A stretch of DNA of 64,000 bases from an uncultured Candidatus Saccharibacteria bacterium (GTDB lineage Bacteria; Patescibacteriota; Minisyncoccia; Phycocordibacterales; PALSA-1337): assembly GCA_964412585.1 (NCBI GenBank), contig CAYPPJ010000001.1:17995-81994 (forward strand). Direction: 5' to 3'. Below are positions 1-8,516 of the stretch, piece by piece. The notes below the pieces were generated by a model that worked only from the letters and a program-made list of their open reading frames with translations, had not been told where the DNA came from and did not search any database. Numbering within the stretch: the first letter of the stretch is position 1; each line of letters begins with the position of its first letter. The position numbers were made by a program, and so were the translations under genes.

Positions 1-741
1 GCCCAAGTAAAAGGAGGTGATCAGCGATTTGTCTATGAGATTGCCAATACGACAGATATGGGTGCAAGTCTGCCAAAAATTCCTGCTGGATTTACCTTCA
101 AGCTGAGCATGAACGATGCGAGCGAAACGGTTTCAATCAACGGGCTTATAGGTAAGTCGTACATGTATCCATTGTTGGCCGCTGCGGCAGTAGGTATGGC
201 AAAAAATGTTTCAGTTTCTACAATTATTCGAGGTTTGAACAAGTACGATGCGCCAAAGGGTCGTATGAACATTATTCAGGGCCGCGACAATAGTACTCTC
301 ATTGATGATACATACAATTCATCACCCGATGCGGTAATGTCGGCGTTGGCTACTCTCAAAGAGCTTGAGTGTTCTGGTTCAAAAATAGTCGCACTTGGCG
401 ACATGATGGAGCTTGGACAGTATTCAGCCGAAGAGCATCGCAAGGTAGGAAGGGAGGTTCTTGGTGTCGCGGATGTATTGATTACCGTTGGTCAGCGTTC
501 GCGAGCGACAGCGGATGAAGCTATAAAGACTGGATTTAATGCAGAGTGTGTCCATTCATTTGATACTTCGGTTGAGGCGGGGGAGTTTCTTGAGAAAATG
601 GTGAAGCCGTTTGATATCATTTTGGTGAAGGGATCACAATCTATCCGCATGGAGCGCATCGTCAAGATGTTGATGAAAGACTCATCAAAAGCGGAGTCCC
701 TTCTTGTGCGTCAGGAGAAAGAGTGGCTTGATAAAAAGTAA
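1..741 (+). CDS. murF: C-terminal part of a Mur ligase (UDP-MurNAc-pentapeptide synthetase MurF-like); the frame is open to the window start
   Basis: Mur ligase C-terminal domain motifs (KIVALGDMMELG...EHRKVG...VKGSQS); no stop from position 1 in this frame. Confidence 0.65.
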   Translation, partial: AQVKGGDQRFVYEIANTTDMGASLPKIPAGFTFKLSMNDASETVSINGLIGKSYMYPLLAAAAVGMAKNVSVSTIIRGLNKYDAPKGRMNIIQGRDNSTLIDDTYNSSPDAVMSALATLKELECSGSKIVALGDMMELGQYSAEEHRKVGREVLGVADVLITVGQRSRATADEAIKTGFNAECVHSFDTSVEAGEFLEKMVKPFDIILVKGSQSIRMERIVKMLMKDSSKAESLLVRQEKEWLDKK

Positions 742-780
742 AAAACAGGTTACAGTTTCTTCGCAATGAAATGCACACAT

Positions 781-852
781 GGCCCTATCGTCTAACGGTT
801 AGGACATTGCCTTCTCAAGGCAGTAATCGGGGTTCGATTCCCCGTAGGGCTA
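781..852 (+). tRNA. tRNA-Glu (anticodon CUC)
   Basis: Cloverleaf folded by hand: acceptor GGCCCTA/TAGGGCT, anticodon stem TTGCC/GGCAG with loop TTCTCAA (anticodon CTC), T-loop GGTTCGATTCC, discriminator A, no encoded CCA. Confidence 0.8.
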
Positions 853-853
853 C

Positions 854-1471
854 ATGAAAATAGTTCGCGCGGTACCAGTAATTGAGGTTAAACGTTGTTA
901 CGTTATTTCCAATTTAGCTCGACCACGTAAGTCCGTTCACAAGTCGCCATCTGCTTATGTGCGCGACTTTCATCACGTCCTTGCTCAAGCAAAGAAAAAG
1001 GTGCTTGCATATGATGAACGACAGGTGGATCAGGTGGTTGCGGCATTTTGGAAAAAAAGGTTGAAAGCATACAATGCTATGGATTGGTTTATAGCCGACA
1101 TTTCACCTCATGAGGTTGGACTGTGGCGACGTGCAGGGGATTTGCCACTCGCTTGGACGAATCGCACCTTGGCTGACACTGTCGACCGTGTCAAAGCTTC
1201 ATTAACATCAAAGAGATCGCATTTTAGTACACAAAAAATTCGAGCTGGTCGCGTGGTACAGAGTCTTTTAGGTACCCAAGTCAATGAACTTCAGCACGAA
1301 AAATATCTCTTTCCGATTGCCTTTAAGGGTGGCACAGGCACCAAACCTCGACGATATCTACGATTCAAAACTGCGTATGATATAGATGATGGTTGTATGC
1401 GCTCGCTTGCATTAGCATTGAATGGCGCCTCGAAAATTAGAATGTACCTCGGCCTTCCAAAGAAAAAATAA
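854..1471 (+). CDS. hypothetical protein; starts 2 nt after the tRNA 3' end
   Basis: 205-aa ORF with no recognisable motif; abuts tRNA-Glu. Confidence 0.3.
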   Translation: MKIVRAVPVIEVKRCYVISNLARPRKSVHKSPSAYVRDFHHVLAQAKKKVLAYDERQVDQVVAAFWKKRLKAYNAMDWFIADISPHEVGLWRRAGDLPLAWTNRTLADTVDRVKASLTSKRSHFSTQKIRAGRVVQSLLGTQVNELQHEKYLFPIAFKGGTGTKPRRYLRFKTAYDIDDGCMRSLALALNGASKIRMYLGLPKKK

Positions 1472-1538
1472 TGCACCAAATCCCTTGGTTTACTCGTATA
1501 CCTCATCAGCGTATACTGTACGCATAATCATTTTTCCT

Positions 1539-1955
1539 ATGTCAAAAAAATACATCTCAGTCATCATTTTCGTCATTGTCGCGCTCGCTATTGCCGTTAT
1601 TATTGCTGCACTCGTGCCTTCTGCGACTACAAATCCGGCCACAACAGGTATTTCTGCGGGTGTTGAGACTACAAATCCAAATACTCCTGCCACAGCCGGT
1701 ACGCCGACCACTGGGGCAAAAACATACACACGTGCTGATGTAGCCAAGCATAACGTGCAGACAGATTGTTGGACCACTGTTAATGGTGGGGTATACGACG
1801 TGACTACGTGGATCAAACAGCACCCAGGTGGTGCACAAGCGATCATTGGCCTCTGCGGCATCGACGGGTCTGACGCCTTCAATGGTCAACATGGTGGTGA
1901 GCGCCGTCCTGCGAGCGAGCTTGCCTTATTCAAGATTGGAGATCTTGCAAAATAA
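1539..1955 (+). CDS. membrane-anchored cytochrome b5-like heme-binding domain protein
   Basis: N-terminal TM helix, Thr/Pro-rich linker, then the cyt b5 signature Y..VAKHN....CW..V.G.VYDVT.W...HPGG....G.DGSDAF..QH (HPGG His and second His present). Start moved to the internal Met that precedes the TM helix. Confidence 0.65.
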   Translation: MSKKYISVIIFVIVALAIAVIIAALVPSATTNPATTGISAGVETTNPNTPATAGTPTTGAKTYTRADVAKHNVQTDCWTTVNGGVYDVTTWIKQHPGGAQAIIGLCGIDGSDAFNGQHGGERRPASELALFKIGDLAK

Positions 1956-2443
1956 TGTATAACTCTCTTATCCAGTCAATACTAACCCTCACCAAACACA
2001 TGACCCCTAAAATTACCCTGAAAGAGGTTGCTCCCATTGTTGTACGCATTGCTATGTCACTCGTATTCCTTTGGTTTGGATCACAGCAGCTGATGAATAC
2101 CTCCGCATGGCTCAGTTTTGTACCTGATGTTGCTCTGAGCATATCAGGATTGAGTGCGGTCGCACTTGTTCACTTCAACGGCGCATTTGAGATTGTCTTT
2201 GGCCTCTGTCTTCTTGGTGGTTTCTTCACTCGAACTTCCGCGCTGCTTCTCGGTCTGCATCTCTTGAGTATTAGCCTGAGCCTTGGTGCCAGCGCTATCG
2301 CAATACGAGACTACGGCCTCGCATTGGCAACCTTGTCGGTTTTTCTGTACGGTATGGACCGCCTCTGTCTCGATACACGTTTTTACAGTAAGAAACTATC
2401 AACATCTACTCCACCTCTGTCTCGATACACGTTTTTACAGTAA
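1955..2443 (+). CDS. DoxX-family membrane protein; its C-terminus is altered by a 52-bp tandem duplication
   Basis: Four predicted TM helices with DoxX-like spacing. The stop codon lies inside the second copy of the 52-bp repeat. Confidence 0.55.
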   Translation: MYNSLIQSILTLTKHMTPKITLKEVAPIVVRIAMSLVFLWFGSQQLMNTSAWLSFVPDVALSISGLSAVALVHFNGAFEIVFGLCLLGGFFTRTSALLLGLHLLSISLSLGASAIAIRDYGLALATLSVFLYGMDRLCLDTRFYSKKLSTSTPPLSRYTFLQ

Positions 2444-2465
2444 GAAACTATCAACATCTACTCCA
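2362..2465. repeat. exact tandem duplication, 2 x 52 bp (cctctgtctcgatacacgtttttacagtaagaaactatcaacatctactcca)
   Basis: Copy 1 at 2362-2413 and copy 2 at 2414-2465 are identical. The period is not a multiple of 3, so copy 2 is read in a shifted frame. Confidence 0.9.
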
Positions 2466-2569
2466 CAGACGCCACCAGTTAGGTAAAAAGATGGATCTGT
2501 GCTACAGTGATGCCACGAGAGAGCGCGTCGGGTTTTTTCGCAATACTAGTCTAATTTCAATTCAATCAC

Positions 2570-2767
2570 ATGCAAGGTAAAATCAAGACCCTCACTGAGA
2601 AAGGATTCGGTTTCATTGCTCGCGAAGGCGAAGCAAAGGACCTCTTCTTCCACTCAAACGACGTGGTCGGCACTACTTTCAACGAACTCCAGGTTGGAGA
2701 CATGGTCTCTTTCGAAGTTGTTGATGGTCAGAAGGGCCCAAGCGCAAAGAATGTTAAGCGTGTATAA
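2570..2767 (+). CDS. cspA: cold-shock protein (CspA family)
   Basis: Cold-shock domain motifs GKIKTLTEKGFGFI and DLFFH; 65 aa. Confidence 0.85.
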   Translation: MQGKIKTLTEKGFGFIAREGEAKDLFFHSNDVVGTTFNELQVGDMVSFEVVDGQKGPSAKNVKRV

Positions 2768-2799
2768 TACAACGTATAATACGCACTAACGTACAAAAG

Positions 2800-2822
2800 A
2801 CACCCTTAACGGGTGTTTTTTG
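2800..2822 (+). terminator. rho-independent terminator after the cold-shock gene
   Basis: Stem ACACCC / GGGTGT, loop TTAAC, then TTTTTT. Confidence 0.6.
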
Positions 2823-2856
2823 TTATTTGGTCGTATTTTTGCTAGAGTGTAGCGAC

Positions 2857-5058
2857 ATGAACCAGAAATTCCTCAAGCCCTATAACCCCGCCGAAACCGA
2901 AGACCGTATCTACAAGCTCTGGGAAGAGAGCGGTTTTTTCAATCCAGACACCTGTATAAAGGCCGGAGTTACCAAAAAGGACGCCAAACCTTTTACTATC
3001 ATCATGCCGCCAACAAATGCCAACGGCTCACTGCACGCTGGACATGGTCTGGTGATGACTATCGAAGACATTATGACGCGCTACAAGCGCATGCGCGGGC
3101 ACAAGACCTTGTGGCTTCCAGGTCTTGATCATGCGGGATTTGAAACCCAGGTCGTGTATGAAAAAAAGTTGGAAAAAGAGGGGAGGACTCGTTTTGATAT
3201 TGAGCCAAAAAAGCTCTATGAAGAGATTCTTGATTTTACCCTGACCAATTCTTCACATATCAAGTCACAGGTTAGGAAAATGGGAGCATCTTGTGATTGG
3301 TCACGTGAGAAGTTCACTCTTGACCCATCAGTTGTTAAGACTGTTTACAATACGTTCAAGAAACTTTCGGATGACGACCTGCTCTACCGCGGCAAACGCA
3401 TAGTGAGCTGGTGTTCGAAGCATCAGACTGCTTTTTCTGATCTTGAAATCAAGGACGAAGAACGTGTCGAAGAATTTTATTATCTCAAATACGGACCATT
3501 TACCATCGGTACCTCACGTCCCGAGACAAAGTTCGGCGACAAGTATGTGGTTATGCATCCTGATGACAAGCGTTATGCTCAGTACAAGGAGGGTCAGAAA
3601 ATAGACCTTGAATGGATCAATGGTCCCATCACTGCAACCATCATCAAGGATGCGGCTATTGATATGGAATTTGGTACAGGCGTCATGACTATTACACCTT
3701 GGCATGATCCAGTTGATTTTGACATTGCAGAGCGCCATAAGCTGGATAAGGAGCAGGTTATCGATGACAACGGCAAGCTATTGCCGATAGCGGGCGAATT
3801 TGCAGGGCAACATATCAAGAAGGCACGACCGCTCATCATTGAAAAACTCCAGTCAAAAGGGTTGGTTGAAAAAATCGACAAGAATTATAAGCACGTTGTT
3901 CGTACTTGTTATAAGTGTGGAACTCTTATTGAACCTCAAATTCGCAACCAGTGGTTCGTTCGTATGAAGCCATTGGCAGAAAAGGCGCTTGAAAAGATTA
4001 AGTCAAAAGAAATTGCCTACACTCCTGATCACTACGAAAAAATAACCACGCACTGGCTCGAAAATATCATTGACTGGAATATTTCTCGCCAAATAGTCTG
4101 GGGTATTCCGATACCTGCAAAGTTGTGTACGAACCCGGCTTGTGGAAAGGGGTTTGTTGATCTCGAGGATAAACTGACGACCTGTGAGTCCTGCGGCGGA
4201 AAACTGGTCAAAGATACTGATACCTTCGATACCTGGTTCTCGTCATCCCAGTGGCCTTTTGCGACACTCAATTATCCTGATGGCATTGATTTCAAAAATT
4301 ATTATCCAACCGATGTTATGGAAACGGCTGGGGAAATCATTTTCTTCTGGGTTTCTCGCATGATCATGCTTGGACTATATGTAACAGGGAAGATTCCATT
4401 CAAAACTGTCTATCTGCACGGCCTTGTTCTTGATGCCAAGGGTCAAAAAATGAGTAAAAGTAAGGGAAATGTGATTGATCCACTTACATTGACGTCTAAA
4501 TTTGGCACAGACGCTTTCCGCATGGGTCTGGTTGTTGGAAATACTCCCGGAACCTCACTTGCACTTTCTGAAGATAAGGTTTCTGGCTACAAAAAATTCG
4601 TTAATAAGATTTGGAACATCACCCGCTTCATCATTTCTACGGCAGAAGGCGAAAGAGGGAAACCAATCGAGGGTCAGGCTGAAGTAAAAGCCGTTCCGGT
4701 TGTATATGATCCTGATTTCAAGGACTGGTCCGCATCGGATATCGCTCATACCGAGCGTGTTCAAGAATTGGTTGCCGAAGTTACCAAAGAAATGGACACC
4801 TTCAAGTTCTATATTGCCGCTGAAAAGATCTATCATTACGCATGGCATGAGTTTGCCGATATTATCCTTGAGGAAAGTAAACCGATAATTTCCGGAGCCA
4901 ATGTCGCTGCAGCAACTTCCCGCATCCAATTCTTGCTCCATACACTCAAGACCATCCTCAAGCTTCTCCACCCATTTATGCCGTTTGTGACCGAAGAAAT
5001 CTGGGCGGATGCTGGTTTTGGTACACGTCTTCTCATGGTTGAAGAGTGGCCTAAATAA
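2857..5058 (+). CDS. valS: valyl-tRNA synthetase, short form
   Basis: Class I HIGH motif (GSLHAGH), KMSKS (KMSKSKGNVIDP), a ValRS-type DTWFSSSQWPF motif and a Cys4 insertion. 734 aa from the internal Met, so the C-terminal coiled-coil is probably absent. Confidence 0.7.
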   Translation: MNQKFLKPYNPAETEDRIYKLWEESGFFNPDTCIKAGVTKKDAKPFTIIMPPTNANGSLHAGHGLVMTIEDIMTRYKRMRGHKTLWLPGLDHAGFETQVVYEKKLEKEGRTRFDIEPKKLYEEILDFTLTNSSHIKSQVRKMGASCDWSREKFTLDPSVVKTVYNTFKKLSDDDLLYRGKRIVSWCSKHQTAFSDLEIKDEERVEEFYYLKYGPFTIGTSRPETKFGDKYVVMHPDDKRYAQYKEGQKIDLEWINGPITATIIKDAAIDMEFGTGVMTITPWHDPVDFDIAERHKLDKEQVIDDNGKLLPIAGEFAGQHIKKARPLIIEKLQSKGLVEKIDKNYKHVVRTCYKCGTLIEPQIRNQWFVRMKPLAEKALEKIKSKEIAYTPDHYEKITTHWLENIIDWNISRQIVWGIPIPAKLCTNPACGKGFVDLEDKLTTCESCGGKLVKDTDTFDTWFSSSQWPFATLNYPDGIDFKNYYPTDVMETAGEIIFFWVSRMIMLGLYVTGKIPFKTVYLHGLVLDAKGQKMSKSKGNVIDPLTLTSKFGTDAFRMGLVVGNTPGTSLALSEDKVSGYKKFVNKIWNITRFIISTAEGERGKPIEGQAEVKAVPVVYDPDFKDWSASDIAHTERVQELVAEVTKEMDTFKFYIAAEKIYHYAWHEFADIILEESKPIISGANVAAATSRIQFLLHTLKTILKLLHPFMPFVTEEIWADAGFGTRLLMVEEWPK

Positions 5059-5094
5059 GACAGCCCACGGGTTGGGGTCATACGACCCCGGCTC

Positions 5095-5124
5095 CTGAAT
5101 TGTGTCCTTATCGGCACAATTCAG
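5095..5124 (+). terminator. strong hairpin after valS (10-bp stem CTGAATTGTG / CACAATTCAG) with no clear U-tract
   Basis: Perfect 10-bp inverted repeat with a 10-nt loop; preceded by a second hairpin GGGGTCATACGACCCC. Confidence 0.3.
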
Positions 5125-5199
5125 GGTTGTCCCCATATTTCCTCGTACCACGCTTGATTGTAGTGTAAAATAATGGGGTAATAACCCACCTTCTTTTAT

Positions 5200-6441
5200 A
5201 TGAAAAAAATCATACTCATTGCAGTGCTCTCACTCGTATTTGCTGGAGGATTCCAGGCAGTCAAAGCGAATGCGGCTCTCAACCTTTCTGGGTGGGCATG
5301 GACATCAACCATGGGCTGGTTGAGTTTCAATTCTTCAAACACCGGATCTGGAGCAAATTATGCAGTGAGTGCGGCTACCTCAACATTATCTCCGAATATC
5401 GCCTCATTGAGTGGATATGCGTGGGGTGCGGTAGATGACAATGGCAAACCGAGTGGTATTGGTTGGGTCAGTTTTAGTTCATCAAATACAGGGTGTCCAA
5501 CCACGGAGGCTTTATTCGATACACCTGCATCACAAGGAGGTGGTGCGAGTGGGGCTGAATTGCCAAGTGGAGTTTCGAATATTTGTACACCACGCGTTGA
5601 TTTGAGCACAGGAAAAGTTAGTGGATGGGCACGTGTCCTCAATATGGCAGCAGAAGATGCTACGGCTGGCTGGCTGCATCTTTCAGGTACCAATCATCAA
5701 ACGGGTGCAGGAGGAGTTTCGTACAATAAAAATACTGGAGCATTTTCAGGAAAAGCATGGGAGCCAAGCGCGATTGGGTGGCTCGATTTTGCAGCAAATA
5801 CATCAGTTCCGTATCCGCCAGTCGTTATTTGTGTCACTGGAACTCCTGGCTGTCCACCAGTAGGGGGTGGTACCTGTTCGATTGGTACTATTACGACTTC
5901 GGGCAATGATGTGATGATTCCGGTTCATTTTCCAACAAGCGGTTCGACCTGGTATATCTTGAACAGGGACGGTGTCGAAGTTGATCGTGGAAGATCTGAT
6001 GATGTGTTTACTGATCCAGGACTTGCACTCGTACCGGGGACATATACGTATCAAATAGTGTATAAGGGCCCACCGATTTCTGCGTGTGGCAATCCTGTTG
6101 TGTATACAGTTAATGGCCAACCACCGGTTGGAGGGCCTTTACAGCTCTATATCGGACCAAGTGTTTCTAGTGCCAATCAATCGTCATATACTACTCACCG
6201 AAATAGTCCGTTCACTTTGAAGTGGAGAAATGATTTGTTGGCTGATGGTTATTCATGTACTCCTTCGAGTTCAGGCTCATGGGGCGGTTGGGGTAGTGAT
6301 GCATCAGGAAATGCCGCCCTAAATTCAGGGGCAGTGAATCCAGGTACTTATTCATTTACAATTAGTTGTAACAAGGCTGCAAGTTTTATAAATGCGTCAG
6401 CCAATCTTATAGTTACGAGCTCGAGCCTTGAGGAGATATAA
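5200..6441 (+). CDS. secreted Gly/Ser/Thr-rich repeat protein (possible surface protein or adhesin)
   Basis: Signal peptide MKKIILIAVLSLVFAGGFQAVKA. Recurring motif SG(Y/K)AW....IGW(L/V)(S/D)F(S/N)SSNTG, about four copies. Confidence 0.5.
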   Translation: MKKIILIAVLSLVFAGGFQAVKANAALNLSGWAWTSTMGWLSFNSSNTGSGANYAVSAATSTLSPNIASLSGYAWGAVDDNGKPSGIGWVSFSSSNTGCPTTEALFDTPASQGGGASGAELPSGVSNICTPRVDLSTGKVSGWARVLNMAAEDATAGWLHLSGTNHQTGAGGVSYNKNTGAFSGKAWEPSAIGWLDFAANTSVPYPPVVICVTGTPGCPPVGGGTCSIGTITTSGNDVMIPVHFPTSGSTWYILNRDGVEVDRGRSDDVFTDPGLALVPGTYTYQIVYKGPPISACGNPVVYTVNGQPPVGGPLQLYIGPSVSSANQSSYTTHRNSPFTLKWRNDLLADGYSCTPSSSGSWGGWGSDASGNAALNSGAVNPGTYSFTISCNKAASFINASANLIVTSSSLEEI

Positions 6442-6468
6442 TTTGTAGAGAATATAGGTAAATAAAAT

Positions 6469-6494
6469 CCCCGCTTGGTCTTGCGACGGCGGGG
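6469..6494. terminator. bidirectional terminator hairpin between convergent genes
   Basis: Stem CCCCGC / GCGGGG, flanked by an A-run on the left, which reads as a T-run on the minus strand. Confidence 0.45.
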
Positions 6495-6499
6495 TGCTT

Positions 6500-7423
6500 C
6501 TACCACAGAATAGTTCGAAAGTATTGCTGAGGCAGTGATTTATTTGAATCGAGTGGGACAACAATCATGTTTGTCCCCAATGAAGATGGAAAGTTGGCAA
6601 CTGTCTGCCATGTAGAAAAGTTGGTGCTGGATTGTAGCCCGACATCTGCACCCTTTGGGATAGAGATGCTCAAACTACCTTTCGTTGCAGTCAACTTTTT
6701 TCCCACGAGTCGTTCACCGAATTGGGTATAGTGGTTCGTCATGGCTGCGTTACCAATGCGGAACCGTGCACGAGCTCCTCCAATAGAGTACCACTCGTTT
6801 AAGATCAGTTTGCCGAGCGCTGTAGGTTCAGGTGGGTACGGGTTTGGTGGTACGAGGTTTTGGCGCGAAACACCACCACTCGGAGTCCACGTGTAGTTGT
6901 ACGTTCGACCTTCGTTGATGGTCACCTCGACCTCAAAGAAGTTGATGTTTGGAAGTGGCACAACAGCCTGCACAAATTCTGGCTCGATTTTCCAAAATGA
7001 ATTGGATGTTACCAGGCTTGCCAGACCAAGATTCGTCACGCCACTAAAGCCTACAGCTCCGAAGGTGATGTAAATAAGTTTCGCCTCAACCTTCAGGGTA
7101 CTTGACGGACTCATGGTTGACCGATACGTGTTGTACAGAGCGTTAGCGTTTGTTACCACTACTTGCTTGTACGCAGTATAAGAGGTGAAACGAAGGCCAT
7201 CGAGCGGGGAAGAGATTCCCCGATTCGTAAGCTGGTTGGCTGTGTTGGTGAATGAGATTACTACCGCAATCGTTGAATTCTGATTCGTCGACTGCCATTC
7301 CAACATCTGCTGTCTGCTACCAATTGGTAATTCGGTCGGAAGACCAAACCCATCAGTCGCCCTCGTGTTAACAACACAAAAGGCGAGTGCGACCACGAGA
7401 GCCGCGAGGAGACGATTTTTCAT
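6500..7423 (-). CDS. secreted hypothetical protein
   Basis: Signal peptide MKNRLLAALVVALAFCVVNTRA at the internal Met; Asn/Thr/Ser-rich; no catalytic motif recognised. Confidence 0.5.
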   Translation of the reverse strand: MKNRLLAALVVALAFCVVNTRATDGFGLPTELPIGSRQQMLEWQSTNQNSTIAVVISFTNTANQLTNRGISSPLDGLRFTSYTAYKQVVVTNANALYNTYRSTMSPSSTLKVEAKLIYITFGAVGFSGVTNLGLASLVTSNSFWKIEPEFVQAVVPLPNINFFEVEVTINEGRTYNYTWTPSGGVSRQNLVPPNPYPPEPTALGKLILNEWYSIGGARARFRIGNAAMTNHYTQFGERLVGKKLTATKGSLSISIPKGADVGLQSSTNFSTWQTVANFPSSLGTNMIVVPLDSNKSLPQQYFRTILW

Positions 7424-7633
7424 ACCGCCCTTTCTTTGTTGTCTTCCCGAAGGAAGGGTTATTGGAGACACTCATATCCAAACGGCCCGAAGGGTCGCTG
7501 GACTGCTTCATACTCGATGTCAAAGGACACGACGAGCATTACTGCGAGCTGGCTGCATAATAGCACATCTGACAAGGAAAGTAAATGACTTGTCAAGAGG
7601 ATTCTCTGTGGAAAAAATATGAGAAGTACGGCT

Positions 7634-8113
7634 CTATTTCAATCCCTTCTTTGCATGTTCAAGTGATTCTTGCTCTTCATCTGAGAGTTCATAGTCAGAA
7701 GAATGTTCTTTAATGGGCTTTGAAAAGACACTTACATGATCACGAGAGTAGAGGCTGGAAATAATAACACCGTCACCTTCTTCGTTGATAAGGGTTGTTG
7801 CAAAGCTCTGATTGCCACCACCTCCAGTGCCCTTGAACGGATTGAAACGGACAGTGTGAACAGACTGAACGCTCTTTCGTAACCGTTTTTCAACGCCTGC
7901 AAGGTAGGTTTCCATCTCCGTGCGAAAAGTTTGCAGTTCATCAAGATTGCCGGAGACATGTGTGAGTGACTCGCTGATGTTGTGTGCATCTAGGCCGACA
8001 ATAAAACGGCGCATCTTGATATACATCCAAATAACAAGACCAAGTAAAATAAGCGTAGCAATAGCTAAAATAATAAAACCGAGAAGAAGGGGGTTGGCGA
8101 GAAGTGATTGCAT
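7634..8113 (-). CDS. small N-terminally anchored membrane protein; tentatively resembles DUF4446-type proteins
   Basis: One N-terminal TM helix, conserved RFNPFKGTGGGGNQSF segment, acidic C-terminus. Confidence 0.4.
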   Translation of the reverse strand: MQSLLANPLLLGFIILAIATLILLGLVIWMYIKMRRFIVGLDAHNISESLTHVSGNLDELQTFRTEMETYLAGVEKRLRKSVQSVHTVRFNPFKGTGGGGNQSFATTLINEEGDGVIISSLYSRDHVSVFSKPIKEHSSDYELSDEEQESLEHAKKGLK

Positions 8114-8461
8114 GAGTGAAGTGTACAGCTAAAAAAGGAATGTGCAAAGCTGTGAATAAATGCCACGAGTAGATGGTTGATTGCTCATGCTAAGTATTGT
8201 ACTGTTTGTATTGAATTGATATGAATGCACCTTTTGTACATCCATCTGTTTGGGTAAATCGGGTCAGAAAGTCTTCATGCATCGTTGCTGGGCAACGGCG
8301 ATTTGTTCACTTGCCACATCTGTGGAAAGTCTGGAATACCGACACGGGAAGCCAGAGTGCTCACAATCTTGATCAGATATATTTTCTTGGACATGACCAC
8401 GTGTCTAGTTGGTGGATTCCTGATCAACACTGTACAGCATGAACGTATTGGTGATGCTGTG

Positions 8462-8485
8462 GCGCCCGCCTTGGGCGCATTTTTG
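8462..8485 (+). terminator. terminator-like hairpin about 30 nt upstream of the cysteine desulfurase start codon
   Basis: Stem GCGCCC / GGGCGC, loop GCCTT, then ATTTTTG. Confidence 0.5.
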
Positions 8486-8516
8486 TATCTGCTTTGAGAT
8501 GTGCTACATTCTAGGT

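Noticed and set aside
1490-1892. Minus-strand ORFs (130 and 111 aa) antisense to the cytochrome b5-like gene
   Set aside because: The plus-strand frame carries a complete cyt b5 signature; the antisense frames are Cys/Arg-rich noise.
8221-8497. 73-aa and 70-aa plus-strand ORFs in the cysteine desulfurase leader
   Set aside because: They overlap each other and have improbable composition with no start-codon context. The region is better interpreted as a non-coding leader ending at the 8462-8485 terminator.
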